This document shows positions 8,375-16,068 of a DNA stretch of 64,000 nt, in pieces. Under the pieces are notes generated by a model. It saw only the letters and a program-made list of their open reading frames with translations, was not told where the DNA came from and ran no database searches. The stretch spans positions 1,001-65,000 of IMG/VR virus record IMGVR_UViG_3300028584_000320; one strand, given 5' to 3'. Each line of letters opens with the position of its first letter. Within the stretch, counting starts at the first letter, position 1. The DNA comes from a virus. The translations under genes were made by a program, and so were the position numbers.

Positions 8375-9092
8375 GTCAGGTCCCATGGCGAGCTGTGAAG
8401 CCGTACTTCGCTTCGGCGTTTTTGCGAGCAGCTACTGCGTCTTCGAGGAGGCAGAAGTAACCTAGTGGAACCGCCACCTTGTTCACGTTTAGGGTTGCTC
8501 GCCACTTATTACAATTTTCCGCCCATGTAACGCCAGAGCAGCCGCTTAGATTGTTTATGTACTTGCGTTTATTCTGCATGTTACCTGACACGGTTTTGCT
8601 TATGACATTGTCAGGCGTGTTTTCGGTTTTATTTCCGTTGTCGTGATCCACGTTGTCTGGGTCAACACCATGGATCATTTTATATATGATCCGATGTACC
8701 AAATATTTTACCCCGTCTAGGCACACTCTAAGATAACCGTCGTTTGTCAGCCTGCCGGCGGTTGTTAGAGCGTAGCGATTATTCCATAGGTTTGCGGTGT
8801 GTTCAGCTGACCTATACCCAGTTTCTTTAAAATGACTTGTTGGCCGCGTTTTCCAGGTAAGCCCTCCTGTCAAGGGCTCGTAGCGGAACGCTGATACAAG
8901 GTATTCCCTGCTGGGGAGTTGTATTGCTTTGCGGGGCACTTGAGAACATCCTCAGCTAAGTGCGTAATTTGCTTCTGGAATAATTTTCCAGAGCGTTTCA
9001 TCAATCTTACTCACGGTAATAGCTCTGCCAACTATTTGAGATACCAAATATGACAGCAGGTCAGACTTAGCGATCGAAGACAGTTGGTTTAC
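8375..9092 (-). mobile_element. homing-endonuclease cassette (replacement RNAP2 tail + HNH-AP2 gene)
   Basis: AT-rich 718-bp block; removing it fuses RNAP2 codon TAC (9095-9093) in frame to the remnant at 8374. Confidence 0.8.
8376..8939 (-). CDS. HNH homing endonuclease with AP2-like C-terminal domain
   Basis: YLVHRIIYKM..VDHDNGNKTENTPDN HNH core; SGCSGVTW..KWRA..LGYF..EDAVAARKNAE AP2 domain. Confidence 0.9.
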   Translation of the reverse strand: MPRKAIQLPSREYLVSAFRYEPLTGGLTWKTRPTSHFKETGYRSAEHTANLWNNRYALTTAGRLTNDGYLRVCLDGVKYLVHRIIYKMIHGVDPDNVDHDNGNKTENTPDNVISKTVSGNMQNKRKYINNLSGCSGVTWAENCNKWRATLNVNKVAVPLGYFCLLEDAVAARKNAEAKYGFTARHGT

Positions 9093-10163
9093 GTACTGCC
9101 GGCGCAGGTCATTGCCGTAGTGGGGCAAGCACCTGAAGCAGTCATGGACCGAGATGACCTTGAACGGCTTCTCAGGCAGACTGTTGATGAGCTCCAGGAC
9201 CACATCAGCATCGATCAGTCCGACGTTCTGTTCGTCGATGACGTCAAGGATGCGGGCAGATAGATATCCGCTGGCTCGATAGTGATCCCACAGCTTTCCG
9301 AGAAGGATGTCTTTAGGACGATCGATCCGTCGGTCAGAAGCAGCTCCGTGGCTGCTGAGAGCTGCTCGGACGTTAGCGATTTGAGCAGGGTCGTAATCAC
9401 ATCGTCTGGACATTTCACGGACGATCATCCCGTCGACTGAGTGAATGGTATTGGCGCCGAGTGACCGGCCACCTTCGGTAGGTGCGTTGACCTTGTAAGG
9501 AACCTCATAGGGCACGTCCATAAAATGGACGGTATCGACCACCCGGCTCATGACCTTGACGTGGACGTGGAAGTTGTCCGGAAGGATCCAGTCATGGCTC
9601 AGGGCATCGGGGTTCCACATGGTCAGGAACGCTTCGTTGAGCTCCCAGGCTCCTGGAGCCAGGTCGGTCATGGTTTGGTAGAAGGTGTCGAGCAGAGCCC
9701 CTTCACCGAACACTTTTCTTGGCATTGCGGTGGAACCATAGAGGGCAGTCATCACTGCCATTTTTGTCTGCTCCGCGGTCACATTGGCGGTTCCGCCTGT
9801 GCGGTTCAGCATCTCTTGATAGATGCCCCAATAGGCGTTCTCACGATTCCCGGTGTCGACGACATTGCACAGCTGGGCAGCCAGACGATCGCCAGTGAGA
9901 GCAGCGAGCAGCTGCAGGCCCGAAGCCGTGCCATCCAGGCTGATCATGTAGCCGATGGGCTTGCCCTTCTGGACATCACGCCAGGCTTTGACGCCGGCGT
10001 AATAAAGGGCAGGTTCCTTGGCCTGCTGGATCATGTCTTCCAGCCCCAGCTCGTGCTGGTCGAACCAAGAGAGACGTTCAGCCCAGGTCTTCTTGTCGAG
10101 GCCGAAGTTGCTAGCGATGTCGATCTTGAGATATTCGCGGCCGGTGAAGGTTTCGAAAGCCAT
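8952..10163 (-). CDS. N4 RNA polymerase II subunit 2 (RNAP2, gp16-like)
   Basis: T7-type motif A SLDGTASGLQ, motif B KMAVMTALYGS, motif C SVHDCF. Confidence 0.95.
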   Translation of the reverse strand: MAFETFTGREYLKIDIASNFGLDKKTWAERLSWFDQHELGLEDMIQQAKEPALYYAGVKAWRDVQKGKPIGYMISLDGTASGLQLLAALTGDRLAAQLCNVVDTGNRENAYWGIYQEMLNRTGGTANVTAEQTKMAVMTALYGSTAMPRKVFGEGALLDTFYQTMTDLAPGAWELNEAFLTMWNPDALSHDWILPDNFHVHVKVMSRVVDTVHFMDVPYEVPYKVNAPTEGGRSLGANTIHSVDGMIVREMSRRCDYDPAQIANVRAALSSHGAASDRRIDRPKDILLGKLWDHYRASGYLSARILDVIDEQNVGLIDADVVLELINSLPEKPFKVISVHDCFRCLPHYGNDLRRQYVNQLSSIAKSDLLSYLVSQIVGRAITVSKIDETLWKIIPEANYALS

Positions 10164-10187
10164 GGTGCAGTCTCCAAAGTATGAGCC

Positions 10188-10220
10188 AAAGAAAAAGGCC
10201 CCATCGAGTGATGGAGCCCT
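10188..10220 (-). terminator. rho-independent terminator
   Basis: GGGCTCCATC-ACTC-GATGGGGCC then TTTTTCTTT on the minus strand. Confidence 0.7.
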
Positions 10221-10255
10221 GCGTATTGCGCCAGACTGTGTTGGGTTATTGGGCT

Positions 10256-10687
10256 CTAGATGTTGAGCTCAACGTCGCTTTCTTTTGTAAAGTCGTCGCA
10301 TATGCTTCGCGAGATACCCAGTAGGCCCAGATTATCGTCATTTGTTCTACAGACGATGTCGGTATCATCTTCGCCAATACGAATAAACTCGGTGTTTAAT
10401 CCGAACTCTTGGGCCTCATAGATCAGATTTTCCCAAGCTTGAACGTCTTCGTAGCTTTCATACCATTTCCAGCTATAGCCACTTAGGTCGAGAACATGGA
10501 TTAGTATTTCTTCTGAACTCTTTTGTTCCTTTAAGTAAATGTCGGCCTTGACTGTGTATCTCGACAGGGAATCTTTAAAATACCTGAACACTTCTGATCC
10601 GAGGATCGTTGTGTGAAGTAGGAGAAACTCATCGAGCTTCTCTTTGGGTCCATAGATCAAGGACCTGACTTGGCTGCGGTATCCCAT
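10256..10687 (-). CDS. hypothetical phage protein
   Basis: 143-aa ORF, MGYRSQV...FIRIGEDDTDI pattern typical of phage hypotheticals. Confidence 0.75.
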   Translation of the reverse strand: MGYRSQVRSLIYGPKEKLDEFLLLHTTILGSEVFRYFKDSLSRYTVKADIYLKEQKSSEEILIHVLDLSGYSWKWYESYEDVQAWENLIYEAQEFGLNTEFIRIGEDDTDIVCRTNDDNLGLLGISRSICDDFTKESDVELNI

Positions 10688-10885
10688 CTAGAGGCCCTCA
10701 TTATGGTTGGCTTCTAGCGCTGCGATGTACGCTCGAAGAGCCTTGCCAGTTTCCTCAAAGTCCAACCTGGCTTGGATGACATAAGCCGGATTGTAGCCCT
10801 GGTCCTGCTGCCAGCCATGAGTCTGGGCAGCTTCTTCGAATGCGGTGATCAGCTCTTCAGCTTGTTTGCTCAGGGTGTTGGTCAT
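10688..10885 (-). CDS. hypothetical protein
   Basis: 65-aa ORF tightly packed in the operon. Confidence 0.65.
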   Translation of the reverse strand: MTNTLSKQAEELITAFEEAAQTHGWQQDQGYNPAYVIQARLDFEETGKALRAYIAALEANHNEGL

Positions 10886-10887
10886 GT

Positions 10888-11070
10888 TTACCAGGCTCCG
10901 TCACACGAGGACCATTCGTCCCCCACTTGAACCTCCTGGATCCTGCTTGGATCAGGGGCTTCTTCTTGATCTTCAGATTCCATGTAGCGCCGTATGGCTT
11001 CTTCCCGCGGAACATTGAGGTAGCACCTCATGCATCCGAGATAGCCGATGCTGATGATCGTGTTGGGCAC
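10888..11070 (-). CDS. hypothetical protein
   Basis: 60-aa ORF, GTG start, packed in the operon. Confidence 0.6.
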   Translation of the reverse strand: MPNTIISIGYLGCMRCYLNVPREEAIRRYMESEDQEEAPDPSRIQEVQVGDEWSSCDGAW

Positions 11071-11072
11071 TT

Positions 11073-11246
11073 TTAGTCCCCTATGCCCGATAGGTCGACT
11101 TCGCAGCCGTCCACTTCAAATACGGATGCCGAGCACGGATCGCTCAGGTCTATTCTCTTCATGACAGCAAAAGCCTTGACAGCCGCATCTAAGGGATCTT
11201 TGGAATCAAAGATGTCGATAGTCCAGGTTACGGTGCGTTGGGTCAG
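11073..11246 (-). CDS. hypothetical protein with putative CTG start (57 aa)
   Basis: AGGAGG SD 5 nt before CTG; CTGA overlap with upstream stop; (M)TQRTVTWTIDIFDSKDPLDAAVKAFAVM...SVFEV. Confidence 0.5.
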   Translation of the reverse strand: MTQRTVTWTIDIFDSKDPLDAAVKAFAVMKRIDLSDPCSASVFEVDGCEVDLSGIGD

Positions 11247-11389
11247 CAGAACCTCCTACGGTACTCGGCTTCCAGCTTAAGCCGGCGAGCCTTGTGGTAG
11301 TCGTACATGGTGTAGTTGTGGCGCTTCTGGTGGAACTCTTCCCAGCCACCTTCGTCAGCGATCGTGAGTCCGAGCTCTCGCTTATCCAT
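11243..11389 (-). CDS. hypothetical protein (48 aa)
   Basis: ATG GAT AAG...TGC TGA, fills the gap between neighbours; below the ORF-track cutoff. Confidence 0.5.
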   Translation of the reverse strand: MDKRELGLTIADEGGWEEFHQKRHNYTMYDYHKARRLKLEAEYRRRFC

Positions 11390-11609
11390 CGATTAAGGCC
11401 TTCACGTCCTCGCTAGGCTCGTAGTAACCCCAGGAGCTGTCTTCTTCTTCTTCCTCTGAGTAGATGCGCTCGGCTTTAGCGCTCCCCCAGCCGGCTTTGA
11501 AGCCAGCCCGGAACGCCTCTTCGCCGAGGACGTAGGCAGCGTCAGTGGTTAGCTTTTTGGTCAATCGATGTACTCCTTGTCGGCCAGCATCACGCAGGCT
11601 TTGTTCCAC
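11382..11609 (-). CDS. hypothetical protein
   Basis: 75-aa ORF overlapping the RNAP1 3' end; true start may be downstream. Confidence 0.55.
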   Translation of the reverse strand: MEQSLRDAGRQGVHRLTKKLTTDAAYVLGEEAFRAGFKAGWGSAKAERIYSEEEEEDSSWGYYEPSEDVKALIDG

Positions 11610-12400
11610 GGGGCTGCCTGGTACGATACGTGGTAGCCCTGGCAGTATGTACGACCGCGTTTGTCGTACTTGTGGGTGAGGTAGAACTCATTCCCTTCCT
11701 GGATCAGGAGGGCGATGACCTCGTGAGCGGTGCGATCGTATTTATCAAAGGCACGCTTTCGCTTCTCGAAGTCCTCTCTGGTCTCGCCTGACTTAGGCTT
11801 GTCCAGGTTCTTCCATTGGTTCTTGACCATGGTGGCGGTGTCCAGGTCCACCGAGAATTTGATCCTGTTGGCTCGATTCAGGTGGTCGATACACACGTCA
11901 TCATCGTGGTGGTTCTTCTTCAGGATCACCGAGCCACCGGACATCAGATAGCCGGTCTCGCTGTTGGTGGTGATGGTCTTGGGCTCAACGACCATGGGCA
12001 GAGGATACTGGAACATGTCCAGCTCACGCTGCAGGTCATCGGAGATGGTGTACCTGACGACGCAGATCCGCAGGTCTGTAGCCCAGTCCAGGAGGTCAGC
12101 TTCGACAGCCTTCCAGAGCATGTCCGCGGTCAGCTGGCTGTCGTTGAAATGGTGCCTCAGGATGCCGATCAGGGTCGGCAGAGTGGTCCGCTTGTGCAGA
12201 GCCATCTGAGCCAGGACATCGAACCCGAATGGCAGAGGGACTCCGTGTTCAATCATATGGGCGCCAAAGTCGAACTCTTTGCAGGTTTCGAACTCCTTAC
12301 GGATCCTTGGCAGGGTTTGGTTCTTGTTGAACAGCAGCTCCAGCTGAATTTGATGGGCTATACGATCGGCTTGAGGGTCGTTCATAGCGAGAGCAAGCAT
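11561..12400 (-). CDS. N4 RNA polymerase II subunit 1 (RNAP1, gp15-like)
   Basis: YLTHKYDKRGRTY (DxxGR motif) at the C-terminus; start moved to ATG 12400 after GGAG SD. Confidence 0.92.
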   Translation of the reverse strand: MLALAMNDPQADRIAHQIQLELLFNKNQTLPRIRKEFETCKEFDFGAHMIEHGVPLPFGFDVLAQMALHKRTTLPTLIGILRHHFNDSQLTADMLWKAVEADLLDWATDLRICVVRYTISDDLQRELDMFQYPLPMVVEPKTITTNSETGYLMSGGSVILKKNHHDDDVCIDHLNRANRIKFSVDLDTATMVKNQWKNLDKPKSGETREDFEKRKRAFDKYDRTAHEVIALLIQEGNEFYLTHKYDKRGRTYCQGYHVSYQAAPWNKACVMLADKEYID

Positions 12401-12430
12401 CGTTCTCTCCATACAGATAGAGGAATAGCC

Positions 12431-12469
12431 AAAGAAAAAGCCACTCTCGATGGCTATCGAGGGTGGCTT
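12431..12469 (-). terminator. rho-independent terminator upstream of RNAP1
   Basis: 14-bp stem AAGCCACCCTCGAT/ATCGAGAGTGGCTT (one mismatch) then TTTCTTT. Confidence 0.75.
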
Positions 12470-12495
12470 GTGTAGGCACTTAGCAAGCACCAAAC

Positions 12496-12511
12496 AGCCG
12501 CGTCAGCGGCT
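12496..12511 (-). promoter_or_regulatory. putative virion-RNAP hairpin promoter (upstream of RNAP1)
   Basis: Template-strand hairpin AGCCGC-GTCA-GCGGCT, near-identical to 15604 and 18164. Confidence 0.5.
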
Positions 12512-12667
12512 ACGAGCATACATAGTTGATCTGCTTAGTTGAGCTTCATCAATGGATAGGAAAGGTCCGCACCATATTTCTATGGTCTTGTATTTAGACA
12601 CAACCCAACCGCCGTATTCGTAATAGAAGCCCTCGCTGGGTATGTACTTGAAGCGGGCCTTGTTCAT
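12503..12667 (-). CDS. hypothetical protein (54 aa)
   Basis: TAATG coupling to the upstream gene; MNKARFKYIPSEGFYYEYGGW... Confidence 0.5.
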   Translation of the reverse strand: MNKARFKYIPSEGFYYEYGGWVVSKYKTIEIWCGPFLSIDEAQLSRSTMYARSR

Positions 12668-12882
12668 TAGACGGATTCTTCAGTGAGGTCGTCTTGTACA
12701 TTCATCGCTTCTAAAGCAGCAGCTACTTTCGCTTCTTCGCGATCTGCAAGGGTCTCCAGATATCCAAGTGCGGCTAGAGTTTCAGAACCAGAAGCACAGT
12801 TATTTAGTTGAGCCTCGTCATACCAGCGTACGCTTCCGTCTTGGTGGAACGAGACGCCTGTGTACCAGTGGATGTTGACCAT
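12667..12882 (-). CDS. hypothetical protein
   Basis: 71-aa ORF with AGGAGG SD. Confidence 0.7.
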   Translation of the reverse strand: MVNIHWYTGVSFHQDGSVRWYDEAQLNNCASGSETLAALGYLETLADREEAKVAAALEAMNVQDDLTEESV

Positions 12883-12890
12883 AAAGCCTC

Positions 12891-13172
12891 CTAATAGGTC
12901 CTGCAGTGGTAGAGTTGGTCGGTCACTCCACGGCAGTAGACCCAGGTTGTTCCATCATATTGTTTGATCTGTTGAACTTCAACAGGCTGATACTGTGTTG
13001 ACTGGTTCATGATAGCGATGCTGTCTCGGCTCATCTGCTGTGTGATGGTGGCTGTTCCTGATAGCGCCGTGTTGAGGTCATTGACCGTCATAGGGCTACC
13101 GTCGTCGTTTACCCAACCAGTGCAGCCGGCTAGCAGCATGGATCCAGCTACGATCATCAGCAGGTTCTTCAC
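12891..13172 (-). CDS. putative lipoprotein
   Basis: Signal peptide with lipobox LLAGC; C-terminal Cys pair. Confidence 0.7.
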   Translation of the reverse strand: MKNLLMIVAGSMLLAGCTGWVNDDGSPMTVNDLNTALSGTATITQQMSRDSIAIMNQSTQYQPVEVQQIKQYDGTTWVYCRGVTDQLYHCRTY

Positions 13173-13205
13173 GACAGTACCCTCTTAAAGTTGTGTCTTA
13201 CATTC

Positions 13206-13445
13206 CTACTGGTCGGTCGACCTGACGTCCAGATGCCAACCTAAGGCTTGGGCTTGGGCTTGGGTTGGTGGTTTGATGGGTACGACAAAAACCTGAGGTT
13301 CTTCTTTTTCCGGTTCAACGTCGACGCAATCCATGTCGTAGTGCTTGAGTCGCAGCTCTTTGGCTTGAACTGCGGTTTCTGCCCATACGAACAGATCTCG
13401 CTCGTATTCCTCTTTAGGGGAGGTGCTGATGAAATATAGATTCAC
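13206..13445 (-). CDS. hypothetical protein
   Basis: 79-aa ORF, GTGA overlap with upstream ORF. Confidence 0.65.
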   Translation of the reverse strand: MNLYFISTSPKEEYERDLFVWAETAVQAKELRLKHYDMDCVDVEPEKEEPQVFVVPIKPPTQAQAQALGWHLDVRSTDQ

Positions 13446-13591
13446 TCGTCTTCGTCCTCTTCTGGCTCAGCTGCATCAGCGCAGCTAGGGCACAATCCGT
13501 CGAAGCCATCGCCTACGGTTCCGTAGTCAGATGTTCCTTCGACAGCTCCGCATAGCCGGCATGGCTCATCGTCATCCCCAAACGGGCTCAT
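13442..13591 (-). CDS. small zinc-ribbon-like acidic protein (49 aa)
   Basis: MSPFGDDDEPCRLCGAVEGTSDYGTVGDGFDGLCPSCADAAEPEEDEDE; two CxxC pairs; AGGA SD. Confidence 0.55.
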   Translation of the reverse strand: MSPFGDDDEPCRLCGAVEGTSDYGTVGDGFDGLCPSCADAAEPEEDEDE

Positions 13592-13602
13592 GTGGTTCTG
13601 TC

Positions 13603-14328
13603 CTAGATGCCGAACAGCACGTCACCAAAAGCCTGGCCAATGGCCAGCTGGGTGACTGCGTCATAGTGGATGTTGTCAGGTGCGAAGGTGTGCTCGATCT
13701 CGATGTGATCGTGCTGTCGTTGAGCCTGGATCACCTGGTCTGACCAGGCAAAGCCGTCATCAGTGACGCTGATCGTCTCATCGCCAGGCCACGCATCCAA
13801 CAGCAGCTGCAGGTTGGTGGCGTAGCTATTGGCGCCTGCTTCGTTCATGGCGTCGGCTTCGCCTTGCACAATGAAGGTGTGCGACAGGCTCAGTCCGCTG
13901 AGGCCTTCAGCCACAGATACCTTTTCCAGTGACCTGGAAAAGGTTTCGTCTTGGCTCAAGGGAGACCAGTCTGTTTTGTCTGGATCCGCGGCTAGGCCGG
14001 TTTCGCCCCTGGTCGCTTTGACTATGTAGAGGATCTCAGAGGAGTTCTGGGTCCACTCAATCGCAATGCCAACCTCCGGTCCCCACATCAGAGGGCTGTT
14101 TGGGATGCCGGTGTTCACGCCAGGCGTCATGGTTTCGAATTGATCTCCGACCAGGATCTGGACCTGAGCCGTCGGTGTGTACGGAGCAGGTCCGTTGTTG
14201 GTGAAGCCGCCGGCGTTGGACTGTCCGATCAGAGCGATCAGTTTAGGACCGCCTTGTATCGTGGACACAGGCAGATAGCAGGCCGCTTCTTCGCCAAAGG
14301 CGAAGGCGTCCATATCAGGATTTTGCAT
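13603..14328 (-). CDS. sialate O-acetylesterase family (SASA, SGNH fold) carbohydrate esterase
   Basis: LIGQSNA, QGEADA, DNIHY catalytic motifs. Confidence 0.85.
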   Translation of the reverse strand: MQNPDMDAFAFGEEAACYLPVSTIQGGPKLIALIGQSNAGGFTNNGPAPYTPTAQVQILVGDQFETMTPGVNTGIPNSPLMWGPEVGIAIEWTQNSSEILYIVKATRGETGLAADPDKTDWSPLSQDETFSRSLEKVSVAEGLSGLSLSHTFIVQGEADAMNEAGANSYATNLQLLLDAWPGDETISVTDDGFAWSDQVIQAQRQHDHIEIEHTFAPDNIHYDAVTQLAIGQAFGDVLFGI

Positions 14329-14336
14329 AGCTATCT

Positions 14337-14364
14337 TTCAGGATGACGCCGCTTAAGCGGTCGT
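14337..14364 (-). promoter_or_regulatory. hairpin + CATCCTGAA element (one of at least 11 intergenic copies)
   Basis: ACG-A-CCGC-TTAA-GCGG-CGT-CATCCTGAA, 8 nt before the SASA ATG. Confidence 0.65.
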
Positions 14365-14386
14365 TGTGGGTAGGCTTAGTGGTAAC

Positions 14387-14581
14387 TCAGCGAGAGTGAG
14401 CTCGTATGCCTTCCTCGATCGAGCGACCGAAGATGGTTTCAGCGATGTTCAGGCCGGCAGCAGTGCCGTCCAGGGTGTCAGCGATCCGCTTGAGGCTGAT
14501 CGCTATGGAGGCCAGAGCCGGCCATTCTTCATCAGGCATGTGGGCCACGCCTGGCTCGAGGAGATTTTGGTTGAGGTTCAT
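14387..14581 (-). CDS. hypothetical protein
   Basis: Start at ATG 14581 by ATGA coupling; amphipathic helix LASIAISLKRIADTL. Confidence 0.6.
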   Translation of the reverse strand: MNLNQNLLEPGVAHMPDEEWPALASIAISLKRIADTLDGTAAGLNIAETIFGRSIEEGIRAHSR

Positions 14582-14811
14582 CAGTTGGCTCCGATCAGCT
14601 CGTTGTAGCGATCGATAGCCATTTGGGTGCCGAACAGGCTGTAGACGTTGTCTATTTGTCCCTCGATGCACGTGCGGAAGCAGTGTGTATGCGGCGTGAA
14701 GGTGAGCTTGATCCTGTGTCCCCAGCTGTCGGTGCAGCTGGCAATGGTGATGCGATGAGACAGCACATTCGTGACGTCGCTGAAGGTCAGCGCTTCGGGC
14801 TTAGAAGCCAT
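14581..14811 (-). CDS. hypothetical protein
   Basis: 76-aa ORF coupled to neighbours. Confidence 0.6.
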   Translation of the reverse strand: MASKPEALTFSDVTNVLSHRITIASCTDSWGHRIKLTFTPHTHCFRTCIEGQIDNVYSLFGTQMAIDRYNELIGAN

Positions 14812-14968
14812 GGCTTAGGAACCCAACGCTGCCGCCCACCAAGATAAAATATACCAAACCAACCAATGCCTTTTGGGGTCTGATAGTCTGGCCTGGTCTG
14901 AGAGTTCCGATGTTCCAAATAGCAATCAAGCCCCAGATGAATGCGGCGATTGCGATGCCATTTCTCAT
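14801..14968 (-). CDS. small membrane protein with two TM helices (55 aa)
   Basis: MRNGIAIAAFIWGLIAIWNIG...ALVGLVYFILVGGSVGFLSHGF; below the ORF-track cutoff. Confidence 0.6.
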   Translation of the reverse strand: MRNGIAIAAFIWGLIAIWNIGTLRPGQTIRPQKALVGLVYFILVGGSVGFLSHGF

Positions 14969-15060
14969 AGGTAATAGCCTTTAGGTGATTATCGCCAGAA
15001 TTGGCTCAAAAGTCGGAATAGTCGGAACTTGGTCTATCGCCAGTTGGACTATCAGTAGAG

Positions 15061-15103
15061 CTAAAACGAACCTCAGAGCAATAGCTCTGAGGTTCGTCTT
15101 TAG
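15061..15103 (-). terminator. long perfect hairpin, probable terminator after gp2
   Basis: 14-bp stem ACGAACCTCAGAGC/GCTCTGAGGTTCGT, 4-nt loop, TTTT on the minus strand. Confidence 0.7.
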
Positions 15104-15120
15104 AGGGATGTTGAGTTCGC

Positions 15121-15537
15121 TTAGCCGACAGCGAACAGCTTGGGACGAGCGTAGTGGTTCGACTCGTCGGTCTTGGGAGCTGCGACTTCATCCAGGATGC
15201 GTCGGATCTGGATAGCCATTCCGCCTTCGGCGTTGATGACATAGTCCTGGCCAGGTGCCAGGCCTTCGGCTGCTTCCAGGATCTGGGTCAGCAGGTCATT
15301 GCGAGCTGCTTGGAACATGGCGTAGTCGGGATTGCTGGAGCGGGTCTTCACTGCGTCCATGGTGTCCAGGGGAATGCCCATGGGCAGGCTGACGAAGCGG
15401 AAGGTGCCGTCTTCGTCCTTGACGTCCGAGACATAGCCAATGTTGAGCCAGAACTTGGCCTTGGGCTTGTCGCTGTTGTTGGTGGTCGTGGCTTGGGTGC
15501 CGAGGTTCTTCAGGGCCGAGAGGTTGATGGCGGACAT
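15121..15537 (-). CDS. N4 gp2-like ssDNA-binding activator of RNAPII
   Basis: KPKAKFWLNIGY...RFVSLPMGIPLDT...ARNDLL..I matches the recalled N4 gp2 family; early position. Confidence 0.8.
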   Translation of the reverse strand: MSAINLSALKNLGTQATTTNNSDKPKAKFWLNIGYVSDVKDEDGTFRFVSLPMGIPLDTMDAVKTRSSNPDYAMFQAARNDLLTQILEAAEGLAPGQDYVINAEGGMAIQIRRILDEVAAPKTDESNHYARPKLFAVG

Positions 15538-15549
15538 GGTGGTAGTTCC

Positions 15550-15577
15550 TTCAGGATGATGCCGATTTTCGGCGTTG
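15550..15577 (-). promoter_or_regulatory. hairpin + CATCCTGAA element upstream of gp2
   Basis: GCCGA-AAA-TCGGC-AT-CATCCTGAAGGAACTACC-ATG. Confidence 0.65.
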
Positions 15578-15603
15578 GGTAATGGGGCGAGAAACTCACG
15601 AAA

Positions 15604-15617
15604 GCCGCGTAAGCGGC
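15604..15617 (-). promoter_or_regulatory. putative virion-RNAP hairpin promoter (upstream of gp2)
   Basis: Template hairpin GCCGC-GTAA-GCGGC. Confidence 0.6.
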
Positions 15618-15624
15618 CCTTAGC

Positions 15625-16068
15625 TCAGAGGTAGACGTATTCACGATCATAATAGTCGTCGTAGTCTTTTTGCCGGTAGTCATCGACATAGTCGTCTTCA
15701 GTTTCTTCTTCGGGCTCGTTGTAGCGATCCCAATCTTCGTCGATGTAATCCCAGCCGTAGTCGTGCTCAGCCAGCTGCTCTTCCCAGCAGTCATCTTCAA
15801 TGTCTAGGAAGTGCTGGTTGATCATTGCAGCAATGGCGTGCTGCATTTGTCTACGACGGTCTTTGCCGGCTTTGCGCTTGAAGAACCTGGCTGCTCCAGG
15901 ACGGAATTCCTCCCGGTAGCAGTGGTTCTTGTTGGTGCTCATGTAGAGACATGAGCACCGTTTATGCGATCCCGAGTTAGCTCCGTCTTTGTCGGAGCTC
16001 CCGGATTGAGTGGATCCGTGGAGCTGCCAACGTCCGCGGACTTCCTGATGTTTAAGGAAATTGGGCAT
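15625..16068 (-). CDS. hypothetical protein with very acidic Asp/Tyr-rich C-terminus
   Basis: TAATG overlap at 16068; alternative start ATG 15942. Confidence 0.6.
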   Translation of the reverse strand: MPNFLKHQEVRGRWQLHGSTQSGSSDKDGANSGSHKRCSCLYMSTNKNHCYREEFRPGAARFFKRKAGKDRRRQMQHAIAAMINQHFLDIEDDCWEEQLAEHDYGWDYIDEDWDRYNEPEEETEDDYVDDYRQKDYDDYYDREYVYL

